A stretch of DNA of 64,000 nucleotides from Takakia lepidozioides (Eukaryota > Plantae > Bryophyta), in the NCBI GenBank assembly GCA_030704615.1, contig CM060732.1, forward strand, positions 68,448,001 through 68,512,000, given 5' to 3'. Position numbers and translations under genes: made by a program. Every line of letters begins with the position of its first letter. Position 1 is the stretch's first letter. Positions 41,690 through 55,569 of this stretch are shown one piece after another. The notes under the pieces are model-generated. The model saw only the letters and a list, made by a program, of their open reading frames with translations, did no database searches and was not told the origin of the DNA.

Positions 41690-44600
41690 TCAACGTTTCT
41701 TCCGCTTTTGAGGTCGCCCTTCGAAAGCTGCAACCGCCTCGGATGCGTTTCCCATTTCTGAGGCACGCACCCAAGATGCCTCCACATGATGATAGCCCTT
41801 CCATTTGACGAGATACTCCGTTTCTCGGTTCTTGAACCTCCTCGACTTAAGTATTGCCTCCACCTCGTACTCAGGTTCATTTTCATGATCCAACAGCATA
41901 GGTGGCGGACGCAACACTTGATGTCGATTTGGACGCGCTTCATCTTTGAAGTAAGGCTTCAAAAGGGAGACATGGAATACTGGGTCCACCTTGCTGTTTG
42001 CCGGCAGCTCCAATTCATACACATCCTCATTCATAACCTTCCGAATGCGAAAGGGTCCCGCATACGGAGGTACGAACTTCGGGAGGTAGTCAGAAATTCT
42101 TGATGTTCAACCAGACCTCTGTGCCTGCCTCAAACTTCACTTCCCTCCGCTTCCGATTCGCCTGCCTTTCATACCGTTTCCTAGCTTTGGCAATGTTGTA
42201 CTTTGCGAGCTTCAACAAACGCTCGCGTTCTTCCAGTACCGCCGCTACTGCCGGTTCCTCAACGTCCTGGGCGGCCCAACTTGTCGGCACCAGAGGTGCT
42301 TTTCCATAGACCAATACGAAACGGGAAACTCCCGTTGCGGAGTGTTCTGTGTTATTATAACAGAACTTTGCCGCGTCTAAGTGTTCCATCCAGTCTGATT
42401 GGTCTGCCGACACGTAATTCCGCAAGAATCGCTTCACTACGGAATTCACTCTTTCCGTTTGACCGTCCGTCGTAGGTCGGAAGGCGGTGCTCATCTTCAG
42501 CCTCGTCCCCATCTTCTTCCAAAGTGTCCTCCAAAATTTACTCGTAAACTTTGGATCGCGATCCGAGACAATATCCTTCGGGACTCCATGATGCTTTAAG
42601 ACGTGGGCGAAGTAAAGTCGCCCTGTCTCCTGCGCCGTTGCCGTCTCCTTGGTGGGGATGAAATGGCCCATTTTACTGAACCTATCCACCACCACCATGA
42701 TTGCATCGAATCCTTTTGACAGCGGCATAGCAGTCATGAAATCCATCGAGACGCTTTCCCAAGTCCCCTCTGGAATCGGCAAGGGTTGTAACAGCCCCGC
42801 TTGCTTTTTGTACTCGCTCCGGTTTTGTTGGCATGTGGTGCATGTCTTGACATACTCCTCCGCCTCCTCCCTCAGTTTGGGCCAGAAATACTCTTTCTTC
42901 AAGAGTGCCGCAGTGCGCTTGGCTCCGCCGTGGCCCGCAAGCGGGCTATCATGGCATTCTCTCAAGAGGCTATCTCTGATCCCTCCCTTTGGCACGTAGA
43001 GACGTTTTTGCTTATACCGGAGCAGTCCATTTTGCAAGTGGAACTGCGATTTAACCCCCATCCTCAAGTCTTGCATCACGGACTTCGCCAGCTCATCCTT
43101 CCGGTAAGCCTTCCGGATCTTCCTTTGGAGCGCTGTCTCGCCCTTGTACACCAACAAGAGCTGCTGCTTTCTACTTAAAGCATCGGCCACCACGTTGTCT
43201 CATCCCGGTTTGTACTGGATATCCACGTCGAACACCGCCAAAGTATCTTGCCACCTAAGTTGTTTTGGGGACAACTTGGGCTGCGTGGCAAAATACTTCA
43301 CCGTGACATTGTCCGTGAACACCTTCACTGGGTTGGAACCAACATAGTGGCGCCAAAGCTCAAGACAGTGCACCACCGCCTTCATCTCTTTTCCGTGCGT
43401 CGGCCACCATCACTCCACTTCATTCAGTTTCTTACTTTCGTAAGCCACTGGGCGTCCATCTTGCATCAGTACACCCCCAATCACGAAGTCCGATGCATCT
43501 GTGTGTATCTCAAACGGACGATCGAACTTCGGGATTTTCAAGACTGGAGCTTCCGCCATCCGCTGCTTCAATTCAGCAAAAGCTTGGCCACAAAATGTGT
43601 TCCATACCCAGACTTTGGATTTACACAGAAGGTCCGACAGCGGCCCCGCGATCTTGGCAAAATTTCTCACATACTTTCGGTAATAGGAGGCGAGTCCTAG
43701 GAAGGATCGCACTCCCGGGACCAAAGTCGGAGGCTCCCAGTCCAAGATCGCCCTCACCTTTCTGTCATCCATTTTGATCCCATCCTGTGTAATCACATGC
43801 CCTAAGAACTCCACTTTCGTGACCCCGAATTCGCATTTTGAAGCTTTGGCGTACAGCTTCCCTTCCCGCAACTTTTGGAACACCCTTTTGAGGTGCTCCA
43901 GGTGTTCCTCCTTTGTTTTCGAGTACACCAAGATGTCGTCGATGTACACGATCACAAAGTCATCCAACCACTCCTGAAAAAGGCTGTTCATCAGCGTGCT
44001 AAAGGTCGCTGGTGCATTGGTGAGCCCAAAAGGCATCACCAAGAACTCATATGAACCATACCTTGTCCTGCACGCGGTCTTCTCCTCATCTCCTTCCGCC
44101 ACCCGAATTTGGTGATAGCCGGAGCGCAAGTCGATCCGGCTGAAATACTTCGCTCCTGCCAACCGATCGAAGAGGTCGTCGATCCTTGGCAAAGGGTACC
44201 GGTTTTTGATAGTCACCTTATTCAGAGCCCTATAATCGACACACATCCGCAGCGTCCCATCCTTCTTGTTTGCGAATAGCACCGGGGCTCCGTAAGGTGA
44301 CTTACTCGGCCGGATGTACCCCTTTGACATTAGATCCTTGAGCTGAGTCTTCAGCTCGACCAACTCTCTGTGGCTCAACCGGTAGGGCGCCTTGGCAGGC
44401 GGTTCCGATCCCGGTATCACCTCAATCTTGTGGTCAACTCCTCTTCGCAGTGGCAAGCCGCTTGGTAAATCCTCCGGCATCACATCCTGGTATTTCTCCA
44501 AAATCCCCTTGATCCAATCTGGGCTCGGCTCCCCATCGCCTTCTCCTTTCACTTCTCTAATGTAAAGCAAAAATTGGGGCTCGTGTGCCTCCTCCACGGC

Positions 44601-46230
44601 CCACTCCTTTGCTGACAGAAGGTTTATTCGCCCTCCCACGGATTTGGGCGTTTCCGACACTCGTAAAACCTCGCCACCATTCCCACATGGCAGCGTGACT
44701 ACTCTCTTGCGGCCATCTATGACCGCTCCGGATTTGCTCAAAAAGGTCATCCCCAAAATGAGATCCACTCCATCGATCTCGCAGATGGTGAAGTTCTCAC
44801 GTCCCTCCCAACTCCCCAGTTGAAGAGGAACATCAAACGCCAACCTTGTCGCCAACTGTGTTCTCCTTTGGCAGAACGCACCTCAATAGAGGCCCCCACG
44901 TCACTTGTCGGGAGTCCCAGCTTTTGTGCCGTTGCCGGTGTCATGAAGGAGTGCGACGCTCCTGTGTCCACCAACAATGACACATTAGTTCCGGATATTA
45001 TCCCATCCACGAACAATAACTGACTCCTTTTTCGTAAGGCGCCAGTTTCCTGATACAACTCACAAGAAAATTTGCCTACCTTGCAAGTCCTGGCAACCAC
45101 CGCTTCCACCAAGCGACTGATGGTATGTTCCGACAGCTCCGTGGTCGCCCGAGTCATGTTCAATTGCCGGGGCTTCGTGCACTTCTTGGCCATGTGCCCG
45201 GGCTCCCCGCAATTGAAACACACTCCATCAAAGGTCGCCTTCTGTCCGCCATAAGCCGCTCCACCCGCTTTTCCTTTCGAAGCACCGGGTGCCGCCTTGA
45301 CGTGTGAAGGCCCTCCCTTCGATTTCCATGTGCCATTGTCGCCGCGTGGCCTATCCCTCTTCTTTTCCGGTCGGAAGGAGTCACTTCCCGCCGGGTCTTT
45401 TTGTGGTTCAGCTCCGTACGGCCTTGTCTCTCACCCCTAGGGACATCCGAGAAACATTCAGCCCTCTCAATTGCCTCGTTCAAAGTCTTGGGTGGCTTCT
45501 CCTCCAACTTCCGCCTGGCCCATGGGGCCAGTCCCGCCACAAAGTTGAAGACCATTTCTGGTTCTGCCATGTCCGCGACTTCGAGCAACAGCACATTGAA
45601 AGCCTGGACATACCCCCAAATGTCATCTGTTTGCTTCAAATTCCTCATCTTGTCCCGGGCAAGCCAGGACGCGTTGTGGGGCACAAACTGTCTCTTCATC
45701 AATTCCTTGAACCCACTCCAGTTCAAGGTTTCCGGGCTTGGGCCTCGGTCGTGAAGGCGTTTCTGCCACCATTGTTGAGCATAACCCCTCAAATAGGTGG
45801 GAGCCACTTCCACCCGATCCTCGTCACTCAACTTGGCCGCCCGGAAGTACTGCTCTAGCTCCAGGAGCCAGGTGTTGAGTGCCTTCCGATTTCGGACGCC
45901 CTCGAAGGTGCCGAGTTCCTTAGGCTTCACTTTAAACTTTGCCTTAGTGGAAGTGGCATTAGCCGCCTTCAACACGTCTTTCAACGTCCCGCCAAACTGC
46001 GCCAACAACCCTTCCCGAAAGGCTGCCGGCATGGGAGGCATCTGTTGGTCGGTCGGAGCTCTCACGGATTCCTCGGGCTCCGACTCCTTAGATTCCTCCC
46101 GCTCTTGAGGGGCGTCGCTTCCTCAAACGGCCGCTTCGGTGACACGTCGCCCCCATCGGGCTCACCAGGATCATCATCTTTTGGGCCGTTCCGCTTTCGC
46201 TTTGGCTTGCCCGACCCCATGATGAGGCCA
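41690..46230 (-). pseudogene. Chromovirus gag-pol with several frameshifts
   Basis: CFNCGEPGHMAKKC; LLVDTGASHSF; MPFGLTNAP and YIDDIL; HTDASD; HDSPLAGHGG...CTTC; SMDF, SDRDPKF, DGQTER; chromodomain EYEVEAIL...YLVKWKGY...ASW. Confidence 0.93.
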
Positions 46231-46261
46231 ATCCCAAGGACGATCGCGTACTGAACTCTAA

Positions 46262-46273
46262 GCTCTGATACCA
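46262..46273 (-). promoter_or_regulatory. Primer-binding site for tRNA-iMet
   Basis: TGGTATCAGAGC on the minus strand, 2 nt inside the 5' LTR boundary. Confidence 0.9.
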
Positions 46274-46275
46274 AG

Positions 46276-47005
46276 TGTCGCGCACCTCACTTCGGTAAGC
46301 TCCCCTTCGAGTCATAGTTACTCGCTCTGATGCGAGCGCCTGACTCCCAACCTGGCCACCCGGGCCAACTTGGAGCTTCGGCTGCTCACCGGGACATAAC
46401 GGTCCCCCCTTCGCTTCCCACTAAACCCTCCACCTATTTGGGCCTAGGAGAATTCCCTTTGGTAGATGGCAGTCCGGAATAGCTCCCCACTCTTTGGTCG
46501 CTTTCCGGCTCGCTCGCTTACTCACTAGTTTTTGGTCACCAACGGGCTTGCACCGTTCTCGGGGTCACTACTCCCCTTATATATACTTCTGTAGCTGTCC
46601 GCGGGGGTTTCACAACCAGCCATGCCATTTTATGGCGAACCACCACGAAAACCCTCGACTCCCGGTGATGAGTCGCGGTGAGTCTTGGCCCACTCACCAC
46701 GGCCCCTCTAGACCGTGATGAGTCCCAAGACTCCCCACGACTCCCACCACGAGGTCTCCGCCCCCATGGTGAGTCCTATGCCACCCCCACTAAGTCCCGC
46801 TAAGCTACCACCACCCCTTGTGGAGCCACCCCCACCGCAACCCGGTGTGCGGGGCTCCACCTAGTGAGCGCCTCCGCCTCCTTCAGTGCCTTGGGCACTC
46901 AAGGGTGCTTCAGCCCCCGTACCTATCGCTGCTACTGCCCCCACCACAGGGGCAGCCCCTCTTGTGTCCCGACCCCCCTTGCCCTCAAGGCAAAGGGCCG
47001 CGACA
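46276..47005 (-). repeat. 5' LTR of chromovirus
   Basis: Direct repeat of 40054-40783; followed by TSD TTAAC. Confidence 0.95.
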
Positions 47006-47245
47006 TTAACGGTTTAACAGCTGCCGACACTGCTCCTAGGGATACTCTGACCACTGGGCCCACAAGAAAAGTAATTAAAATGGACGGCTGCATATCTGGA
47101 AAGAATAACATAATATGCACAGTCGTTGTCTGAGCTTCCTCCGCCATATTCTTTGCTCATTCTTCAACTGTGTTCTGGAGACATCAGTAAACCGATTTAC
47201 ACTAGATCTGCGATAGCAAGGTACAAACGTACGCGAGGAAGGAAG

Positions 47246-49817
47246 ATGGCTTCCTCTGAAGCGGAGTTCTTCTCTGACGACAAACCAGTGCCGTTCTCCC
47301 AGGAAGTCCTTGACAATGGATTTGCAATTGTTCTGGAACATGTCTTGGCTACCCGTTTTCAGCTGCAAAATGGCTCCATCTTTTTGGAGAAAGAGGTGTA
47401 CGATCTTAAAGGGAAGTTGTTGAAATACTCTTTCCAAAACCGTGATGAGACGGCTCATATCAGCCAGTGGAGAGTGCGTCCTGGTCGATACAGAGTACTT
47501 GGAGAGCCTCGGCGAAAGTCCCTTGGGTCATATGTGACGCCCGAGATTGCTGCTTTGGTCGTTGAAGACAAGAGGGAGGTGGTGGTGAAAAAAGAACAGA
47601 CGTCCTCCACTCCAATCGTTGAGCTTTTGGATTCTTCCGATGATGACATAAATTCCAAATCCAGTCCTTCCTACTGTGGTTGGAGAAGCTGATGAAGAAG
47701 AGATTTGTAGTGTCATTCCAAAATTGCAGGCGATGGGAGGAATGGCTGGATTCAAAAGTGAGTTACGGGGAATTGATTGGGAATCTTTGAAGCAGGTGCC
47801 TGTGAAGTTCTTGCCGCAGACTTTTGATGGCGATATCCTATTTGAGCTGCCTCCTCCTCCGCGAGTTGGAGGTGTAACAATCATGGTGCATAGAATGGAC
47901 AAGAAACACGACGGGCACTCGTGGTGCAGAACAAAAACATCCAATATTCAGAATGATGACAAGCTTGTTTTCAGGAGGACAGTTTGCAATGGACACCTTA
48001 GGTGTGATAATTTGAATTGCAGACACTTTCTTCAGTCTGGGGTTCATAATCAAAGCAAATGGGAGGGTCTGGCGGAAAATCCATTTCAGCCTGGGACTGC
48101 CCCTCCACCGGCAAAACACTTTCGTCTGCAAATTCTGCAAACTTGTGCCACCCTGCATGGCGCTCTGCAGAGCAAGAATGTACTATGTTGTCCACCGTTT
48201 GAAAACAATGACAAAAGCTTGTGTGCATTTCGGATTCCATAACCATCCTGTCTCGAAGGGGGATTACAGGGAGAGTGTTGAGACAGTATCGAGGTTGATT
48301 AAACAGGAGTTCGGGAGAAACCCATCTGCAACAACATCTGCAATTGCTCTTGGCGCAAGCAAGTCCTTCTTGGAAAGCCATATTTTGAGTGAAGGAGATT
48401 CTGTGGGGACTAAACTTGACGGTGCAACATTGGACCTGGTCATGGATCATTTCTCCACTTTAAGTTCATCTAACATTCGGCATCAGATCAATGCATTGAG
48501 AATGGGCTCTGGGATCAGAGGCTACATAGACAATATTTTGGAATTGAAACGAGTGAGCAAGTACGATTACATCAAGGACAATGTATTCCCAAGTCAAGGT
48601 GCCATCAAAGTTTTTCTTTTCAAAATGTCGACTGTTGGGGAGGGCAGTGGGGTTAGCCTCGTGAAGCGGATGCAGAAAACTGGGGACTTGCTTAACTGTT
48701 TTCTTATGTTTGATCATGTGAAACGAGTGAAGGATTGGACGACAATGGCTTGTCATGTCTACGATCCAGTGTACCAACGAGTTATGACAATTACAGTTTG
48801 TGACATGCAATCCGAGGATACGGAATCCCAGAAGCTCATGTGGAATTCCCTGATACGTGTCATGGGCTGCCATCTCCAAATTTCACAGGTTTCACGGCGG
48901 ATAGTGCACAAGCAAATTTCAATGCTGTTCGTATTGTCTTCGGATCGGGCGACCCAAAAGTGCCTATGCCAGGAAGAGAGCGTACATGTCTATTCCATTG
49001 GACACAATCTCTGAAAAAACATACAAAGTCGGACATCAAACCAGAGATGCAGACTCAGCACCGTAAATTGTGCAAAGAGTACAAAGATGCTAGAACAATG
49101 AAGGAGGCGGACACTTTGTTCCAGACAATTCGTGCCCAATGGTTCTCTTCTGGAGCTGCATCACTTGAGAGTATGAGAGCATTGGAAGATTGGCTGGCGT
49201 TTTGGCACCTCCGGTATAGACAGTGGGGAGCAGCCATGCCACTGGTACGAGGCTTATATTTATTGCTTTTTCATACATTTGCTTTCCATTTTATTGTGTC
49301 CTCGCTTATGTTGTTTTCTGTTCATTGTTTTGAAGTGTGGTTCTGCACTTTGCAGAACATGTCCATTGAGGAAATGGTGGACATGCCATCTTGCAATTTG
49401 GCAGAAACTGTGCACAATGCATGGTTGCAGCAGTCTAGGAAACGAGGTCGGGATTTGTATGTGGCAACAACAGATGATTTGATACGTGCCTTGCAACAAC
49501 AAACCCAATACCGTGATTTCTTACGAGATGGGGTTGGTGGCAAGGGTCCAGACAAATGGGAGTTGATGTTGCGTGCTGCAAACAGATCTGGGGATCCAAT
49601 CAAGATAGCACGGGCGGTGAGCATGTATGCCCAGGGAACGCCACTTGTTTCTAGAGTTCCACATCTTGAAGGGGAGGAGAGATTCGGCTCCTGTAAGAGG
49701 AAATTGAACACTCCACCTGGTTCGGATTCAGATTCCCACAGGGCAGTCCGTGATAACTTCTCGAAGCCTCGTGTTCCCCTGCATGACAGCTCCATGTCCG
49801 GAACCTCCATTGTGGAA
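47246..49817 (+). pseudogene. Family-2 MULE transposase (frameshifted; C-terminus cut off by family-3 insertion)
   Basis: HDGHSWCRTKTS, CNGHLRCDNLNC, HFGFHNHP, LMFDHVKR, FTADSAQAN, TCLFHW, PSCNLAETVHNAW; intron about 49244-49355. Confidence 0.88.
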
Positions 49818-50208
49818 GAGCGTAGCTACGGTGTGAGCCCAACCCCGTGAGCCTGGGAGCTGAGCTCACGTTCAAGCTACAAAGCGTGAGCGGCACAAAT
49901 CTGCTGGAGAAGAAGGTCCTACAGGCGAGGATTGCAGGAAGAGGGCCTATTACCGTGGACAAAACAAAGGGGGCCAACACACACCATGTGTGCAATGCCC
50001 GCTCAAAAACAGAAATATGAAAACATGGCAGATTTGAGCTCAGAATGATTGTCACAGTTTATTTCAATTCACAGATAGACGCTTACAATGAATTGCATGT
50101 GCATTTGCCCTGGTTCCGTAAACGAAATCCATATGTTTGTCAGAAATGCAAAGTCTTCACACGGCAACCTGCAAACCAGCATGGGTAGCGGGCATGGCTC
50201 GTATGTGT

Positions 50209-53200
50209 TCAAAGAGAAGTTGGCGGAGCTCCACGCGAGGTGTCCCGCTGTAGAAGGGTGTTCACTTCTCCATAGCCTAGTGTGGCTTGGTGGATGAATT
50301 GGTCTCTCTTACCGTCGCAACACATAATCACAAGGTATATGTAATATTGATGCTTGCAGGGGACCCACTTCCCCCTCATGCCGAGAGCGCCCTCATGCAT
50401 CGTTTCAAAGTCCGGACAAGTGCACGAAGGGAAATTCCCGACGGTAACCTGATATTCTTTGCCATGAAGAACTGACCCAATTGACAGCACTGTGTAAATC
50501 CGTCCATACCCCGGAGAAGGGACTTCGGTGATACGAGACACCCGAGCCTGCAAAATTCTAGCAGATTCCATCTTGCATTCGTGATCTGCACCCGAAGCAA
50601 AACGGCGCACTGTTTTTCCATCTCTTTTTGTTAGGTGGGAGTCGGCACAGGGTGGCGGCATTGCCGGAGCATGTGGCACATCTGTGCCGACAGTGCATGA
50701 GGGCACCACCCGGGACCGTTTAAGACAGAACCCTCCCTCCTCCAGCATGCTTATCTCGGTTGATGACAGCGACGTCCCAATTTGCACAGGCCAAATTGCG
50801 GGGGGAGGGGGTTTCATTATCACCGAAGGACGAACTGTTCCCTTCACGCATCGTGCCATATTGTCTGGGCAGAACCAAAATTTGTGGTCCTTTGACTCCC
50901 CACTATGATAAGGTCGGAACAACCCTGTGAATGTTGGAGCTGGAGTCCCCCTGGAGCCTTTGCATATCTTTGATTTGCATTTCTTGAATGAGGGGGTCCG
51001 AATTGCCATGCAAGCCACTCTAGATCCTAGTGGGGTGCGTTCTATATGCCACTCACTATCAATGCAATCGGATTCCTGCACCATGGCCACCGCCTCCTCC
51101 AATGGGATTCCCGCTGCTGTGCTTGTATGTTCTGCACGTGCTCCACTGGAGGAGGACCCACCTCGGAAGGGGCAGGCACACGACTCAGTCTGCAGTGGAG
51201 ACACCTTTGGCACAGAGAAATTGACCCTATCTGGCCGATGGGAATCTCCATCTGACCCTGGAAGAGTGTTCAATTTCCTTTTGCATGATCCAAATCTTTC
51301 CTCGCCTTCCAAATAGGGGATCCTGGATTGTAGAGTGGACCCTTCAGTGCATCTGTTTAGAGCTCTGGCCATCTTTGACGGGACTCCGGACCTACTCGCA
51401 GCCCTTAGCATCAACAAAGTCGTATCAGGGCCCTTGCCTCCACCCCATCCCATCAGAAAATTGCGGTACCTGGTTTGTTGTGTAAGTGCATGCACCATGT
51501 CATCAGCAGTGGCCACATACAAGTCACAACCTGCTTTGGTAGACTGCTACATCCAGACATTGTGAACAGTCTCCGCCAAATTACAGGATGGCATGTCGGC
51601 CAAGTCCTCCAAGGACATGTCCTGCAGGAGGCATTGCATGGATATGTCAGGAACGAAAACAAATGATAGAGGTTCTTCAAGTGACAATCGAAGAACCCCA
51701 AATGAACAGGCACGATGCAAAATTTCTGTTTTTGGGATTGAAGAGGTTTACCGTCGTCATGAAAGCTCCCCACTGTCTGTACCTGAAGTGCCAAAAAACC
51801 AACCAGTATTCCAACTCCTTTACGTGGGTACCTGTTGCAGCACCAGAGGAGAACCACCAAGCCCGGATTGCCTGGTAAGTGCTCTCAGCTTCTCCCATTG
51901 AGGTGGCATTCTTGTACTTGAGACAGAGCCTTCTGTGCTCCAACTGCAGGTCAGGGCGAATGCAGCGCTTTGTATGACGTGCCAGAGATTGAGTCCAATG
52001 GAAGAGGCATGTGCGCTCCCTATTTTCCATTGGGACCTTAGGATCCCCCGAACCAAACACGCGTCGCACTGCATTGAAATTTGCCTGTGCACTATCAGCC
52101 ATGAAGCCCGCAAAATTTGTGTTTTGTATTCCATTGCGCTGCATGACGGCCAAGAGCGAATTCCACATGAGCATTTGGGATTCAGTGTCCTCCGACTGCA
52201 TATCACAAATTGCTATGGAGAGCACACGCTGGTACGCCGGATCATACACATGGCACGCCATGGTTGTCCAACCCTTCACCCGTTTGCAGTGATCAAACCT
52301 TAACCAACATTTAGCCAAATCTCCTCCTGGTTGCATACGGCGGACAATGCTCACACCACTGCCTTCGCCCACAGCGGACATCTTGAACAAATACACCTTG
52401 GACGAGCCCTGGCCAGGGAAGATACTGTTTTGAATGAATTCATAGCGACTCCTCCGTTTCAGGTCTATAATGTTGTCCATGAATCCAACAGTGCCTGTGC
52501 CCATTCTAAGTGCATTCACCTGGTTTCGAATATTGGGAGAGCTCAACACGGAGAAATGGTCCATGACTGCATTAAGCGAATCTGCATCCAGCATAAGTTC
52601 TGTCGCATCCCCTTCACCCAGTATGTGTTTCTCCAGGAATGTCTTGCTAGCTGCAAGCGCTATAGCAGAAGGTGTTGCACAAGGGGCATTGTGGAACTCT
52701 TGCTTCAGCAGATTTCTAGCGATGTCCACGCTATCCCTGCAACTTCCTTTGGACACAGGATGCTCGTGTGCACCCATATGAATGCAGGCACGAGTCATTG
52801 TCTTGCATCGGTGTGCCACCTGATACATACGAGCGTGGCACACAGAAACACAGGACGGGGAAAGTTTGCAGAACCTGCACACGAAAGTATTGGTCCTGGG
52901 AGGGGCAAGCCCTGGGTGAAAGGATTCAGGGGCACACCTTCCCACTCACTTTCGTTTGGTTGAGCGCTGTTTCTCAGGCGAGGGCAAGAAATATTCTAGC
53001 ACTTACAATGCCCAACGCAGACTGACCTCCAAAATTTCAAGCCAATGTCGTTATGGATGTTCGACGTTTTTGTCCTGCACCAAGGATGTCCGTCATGTTT
53101 CTTGTCCATGCCCTGTAAAAGCCCAGCCAATCCAGTGGAAGAGGTGGGAGGGTTGAGCTCAAACAGGATGTCCCCATCAAACTGTGCTGGCACGTATTGA

Positions 53201-53772
53201 ACCCGTTGCACAGGAAAGGACTCCCAGTCAACAAAACGCAGCTCGCTCTTGCACCCAGGCACACCTGCGAGGGCTTTCAATTTTGGAATGACACTCATTA
53301 TCTCTTGCAATTCGTCATCATCCAATGACGGAGTCTGCACTGGCGGAGGAATCTCAGAAACATCCTCCGAGGACGAGTCTGAAAGAGTCACGAAGGTAGT
53401 GGATGTGCTCACCTCTTGTTTCACTGGAACTGTGCCCTTCTGTTGCACGACCGATGCTGCAGTGCCAGGGGTAACGACCGATCATGCTGATTGTCTTCTC
53501 TCTTTTCCAAGGACACGGTATGTGCCTGGAAGGACTCTCCACTTCCTTCCACACTTGCCAACCAATGGTTTCTCCAAGTGCCCAGAATCCAAATTCCCAT
53601 CCTCCTCATACACCTCTTTTTGAACAAGGAGAGAACCCAACTCCAGCGGGAACACTGTAACCAGCTCATCCTCATGAACAACTGCAAACCCATCGTCGTC
53701 TGCAGTGGCAGTCAGTGGAAGAGTACCTGCATTGGAATGGAATCGAGCAAGTGTATCTCGCTCCCTCGACAT
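50209..53772 (-). pseudogene. Family-3 MULE transposase with SWIM finger (frameshifted)
   Basis: HDGHPWCRTKTS, HMGAHEHP, RFDHCKR, FMADSAQAN, TCLFHW, SWIM PSCTCPDF...VPCKHQYY; intron about 51626-51752. Confidence 0.88.
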
Positions 53773-55569
53773 GTTTTCCCTCACTGAACGAAAGTTGCGG
53801 AATCCTCGAACTGATAGCCCGCAATTACCGAAAGGGGAATTAAGACAAGCAAACCAAGGTCAACAAGGCTAGCTCCAATGCAAAGGTTGCAGGTGATGCA
53901 TGCAAAGGATGTAGGGATGAGATGCACCTTCACTTCGGAAACATCAACGCCAAGAGGCACTAACCAGAAAAATTGTTTTCAAATACTACAAGAAGCCGTG
54001 CTGTTTATGGATGAAAACAAACACTGAAAACGACATGAAACCATCCATTATGAAAAGACGGCAACAACCCTGGAGAGCAGTAAACAGGAAGACCACAAAT
54101 GTCATGAGGTTGTGCTGTGCCAGAAGAGCACAGCACAAACACTGACACTGCAGAAGATACCTCGCACGAATGCGTGCCAGACATGGTCGTATCCGACAGA
54201 ACCCTTTATGCCGAATGACCCCATGGCGACGGTAACGGTAAACTGCAAACCACAGGGTAGGCAGTACAACACACGTGGATGCATATGTGAAGCATAACAA
54301 TTATTGCGGATCTGCAAGAACTGCTCGAAAATGAACTAGCATTAGATTTCTACGGCACATCCGAATTTGAAAGAAAGCAAGAAGGCCGCGGTGTATTGGC
54401 AGGCGGCGCAGTACATCTGACATATATCGCTAGTGCATGCAACGGATGTACTTTTTTTCTTGCGCTTTATTGCTTGGATAATACGGAGACGACGGAATGG
54501 ATGAATTCCGTTCGCACACAATAACAACACCCGCATCCAAATATGGTTGATAACGTTCAATTTTGATTTTGGTTACATGCCATAGCAGCACTTGTTACAA
54601 ACGTCAAACTGGAGAGCTCTAGAGGCATCGTGGGGAGCCCTTGTTTCCAGCGTAGGAGGAAGAGAAGGAAGTCACTATACTTCACGAGCTCTAGAAACAG
54701 GAATAGAGCCAGAGATAGAATGAGGATGGGAAGAGTGGACGAAGAGGAAAAGGAGGTAGAAGAGGGAGCAGGGATGCCTCGGCGTGAGCCTGGTCACGTG
54801 AGCGCGTGAGCGCGACTGCGCTCACGCCACGTCACCTTGCGCAAATGCCACGTCACGGGGCTCAGTCCACGTCATCACACGTGGAGGCCGAGTCACCACG
54901 CACCCAGAAAGAAGTGGAGTGTATTCCCGCGGATTGGCACCCTTTACCGCGGAAACAAGCTGGACGACATAATAAAAGGCATTGAATAAATGATGGATGA
55001 ATGTACAGTTGGATGATAAACAGATGGATGAGTTTGAAAAATCTATGTAGATGGATGAATGACTGATGGATAAGAGTAAAATGGATGAATGTATAATGGA
55101 TGTTGAGCAATGACAAAAATTCATGACAGGAAGATGCATGACCAAATCTTTTGACGAATGCACAAAGTATATGAAATGAGTGTGGAAGGTTTGTGGGGTG
55201 GATTAAAGAGTACAGAGGATGAATGTACAATGGATGTTGTACAAAGGAAGCTTTCATGAATGGAGCACGCATGAATACAGTGTAGATGAATGCACAATGG
55301 ATATGAGAAGAGTCAGGAAGGTTTGTGAGATGGATTCATACATATAGCAATTTAAACGAAAGTTGATTCTGTGATTATTATTTGTTCTAAAGGAACAACT
55401 ACGGTAGAGTAAGGGGATTCAACGTTTTCCAGATAATATGAAAATGAATATTAAAAGAATACAGTTCAGTCTGACTCAGAGTCAGTACAATGTATCCCCT
55501 CTTCCTCTGCATCTAAGTCTAAGTATTTTAGAACACCGGATCCACGCTGGATACACCTACGGCTGGCCA

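Larger units (their letters stand above)
40054..47005 (-). mobile_element. Chromovirus (Ty3/Gypsy) LTR retrotransposon, full length but frameshifted
   Basis: 730-bp LTRs (TG...CA) at 40054-40783 and 46276-47005, TSD TTAAC, tRNA-iMet PBS, and gag-PR-RT-RH-INT-chromodomain. Confidence 0.95.

Noticed and set aside
33560-53772. Programmed frameshifting in the MULE and chromovirus genes
   Set aside because: Indels are numerous and differ between copies a and b; decay or unpolished assembly errors are more likely (check raw reads).
54769-54790. hAT/Ac element because the terminus reads CAGGGATG
   Set aside because: The TSD is 9 bp, the opposite end is not a perfect Ac-type TIR, and the linked transposase is MULE/SWIM type.
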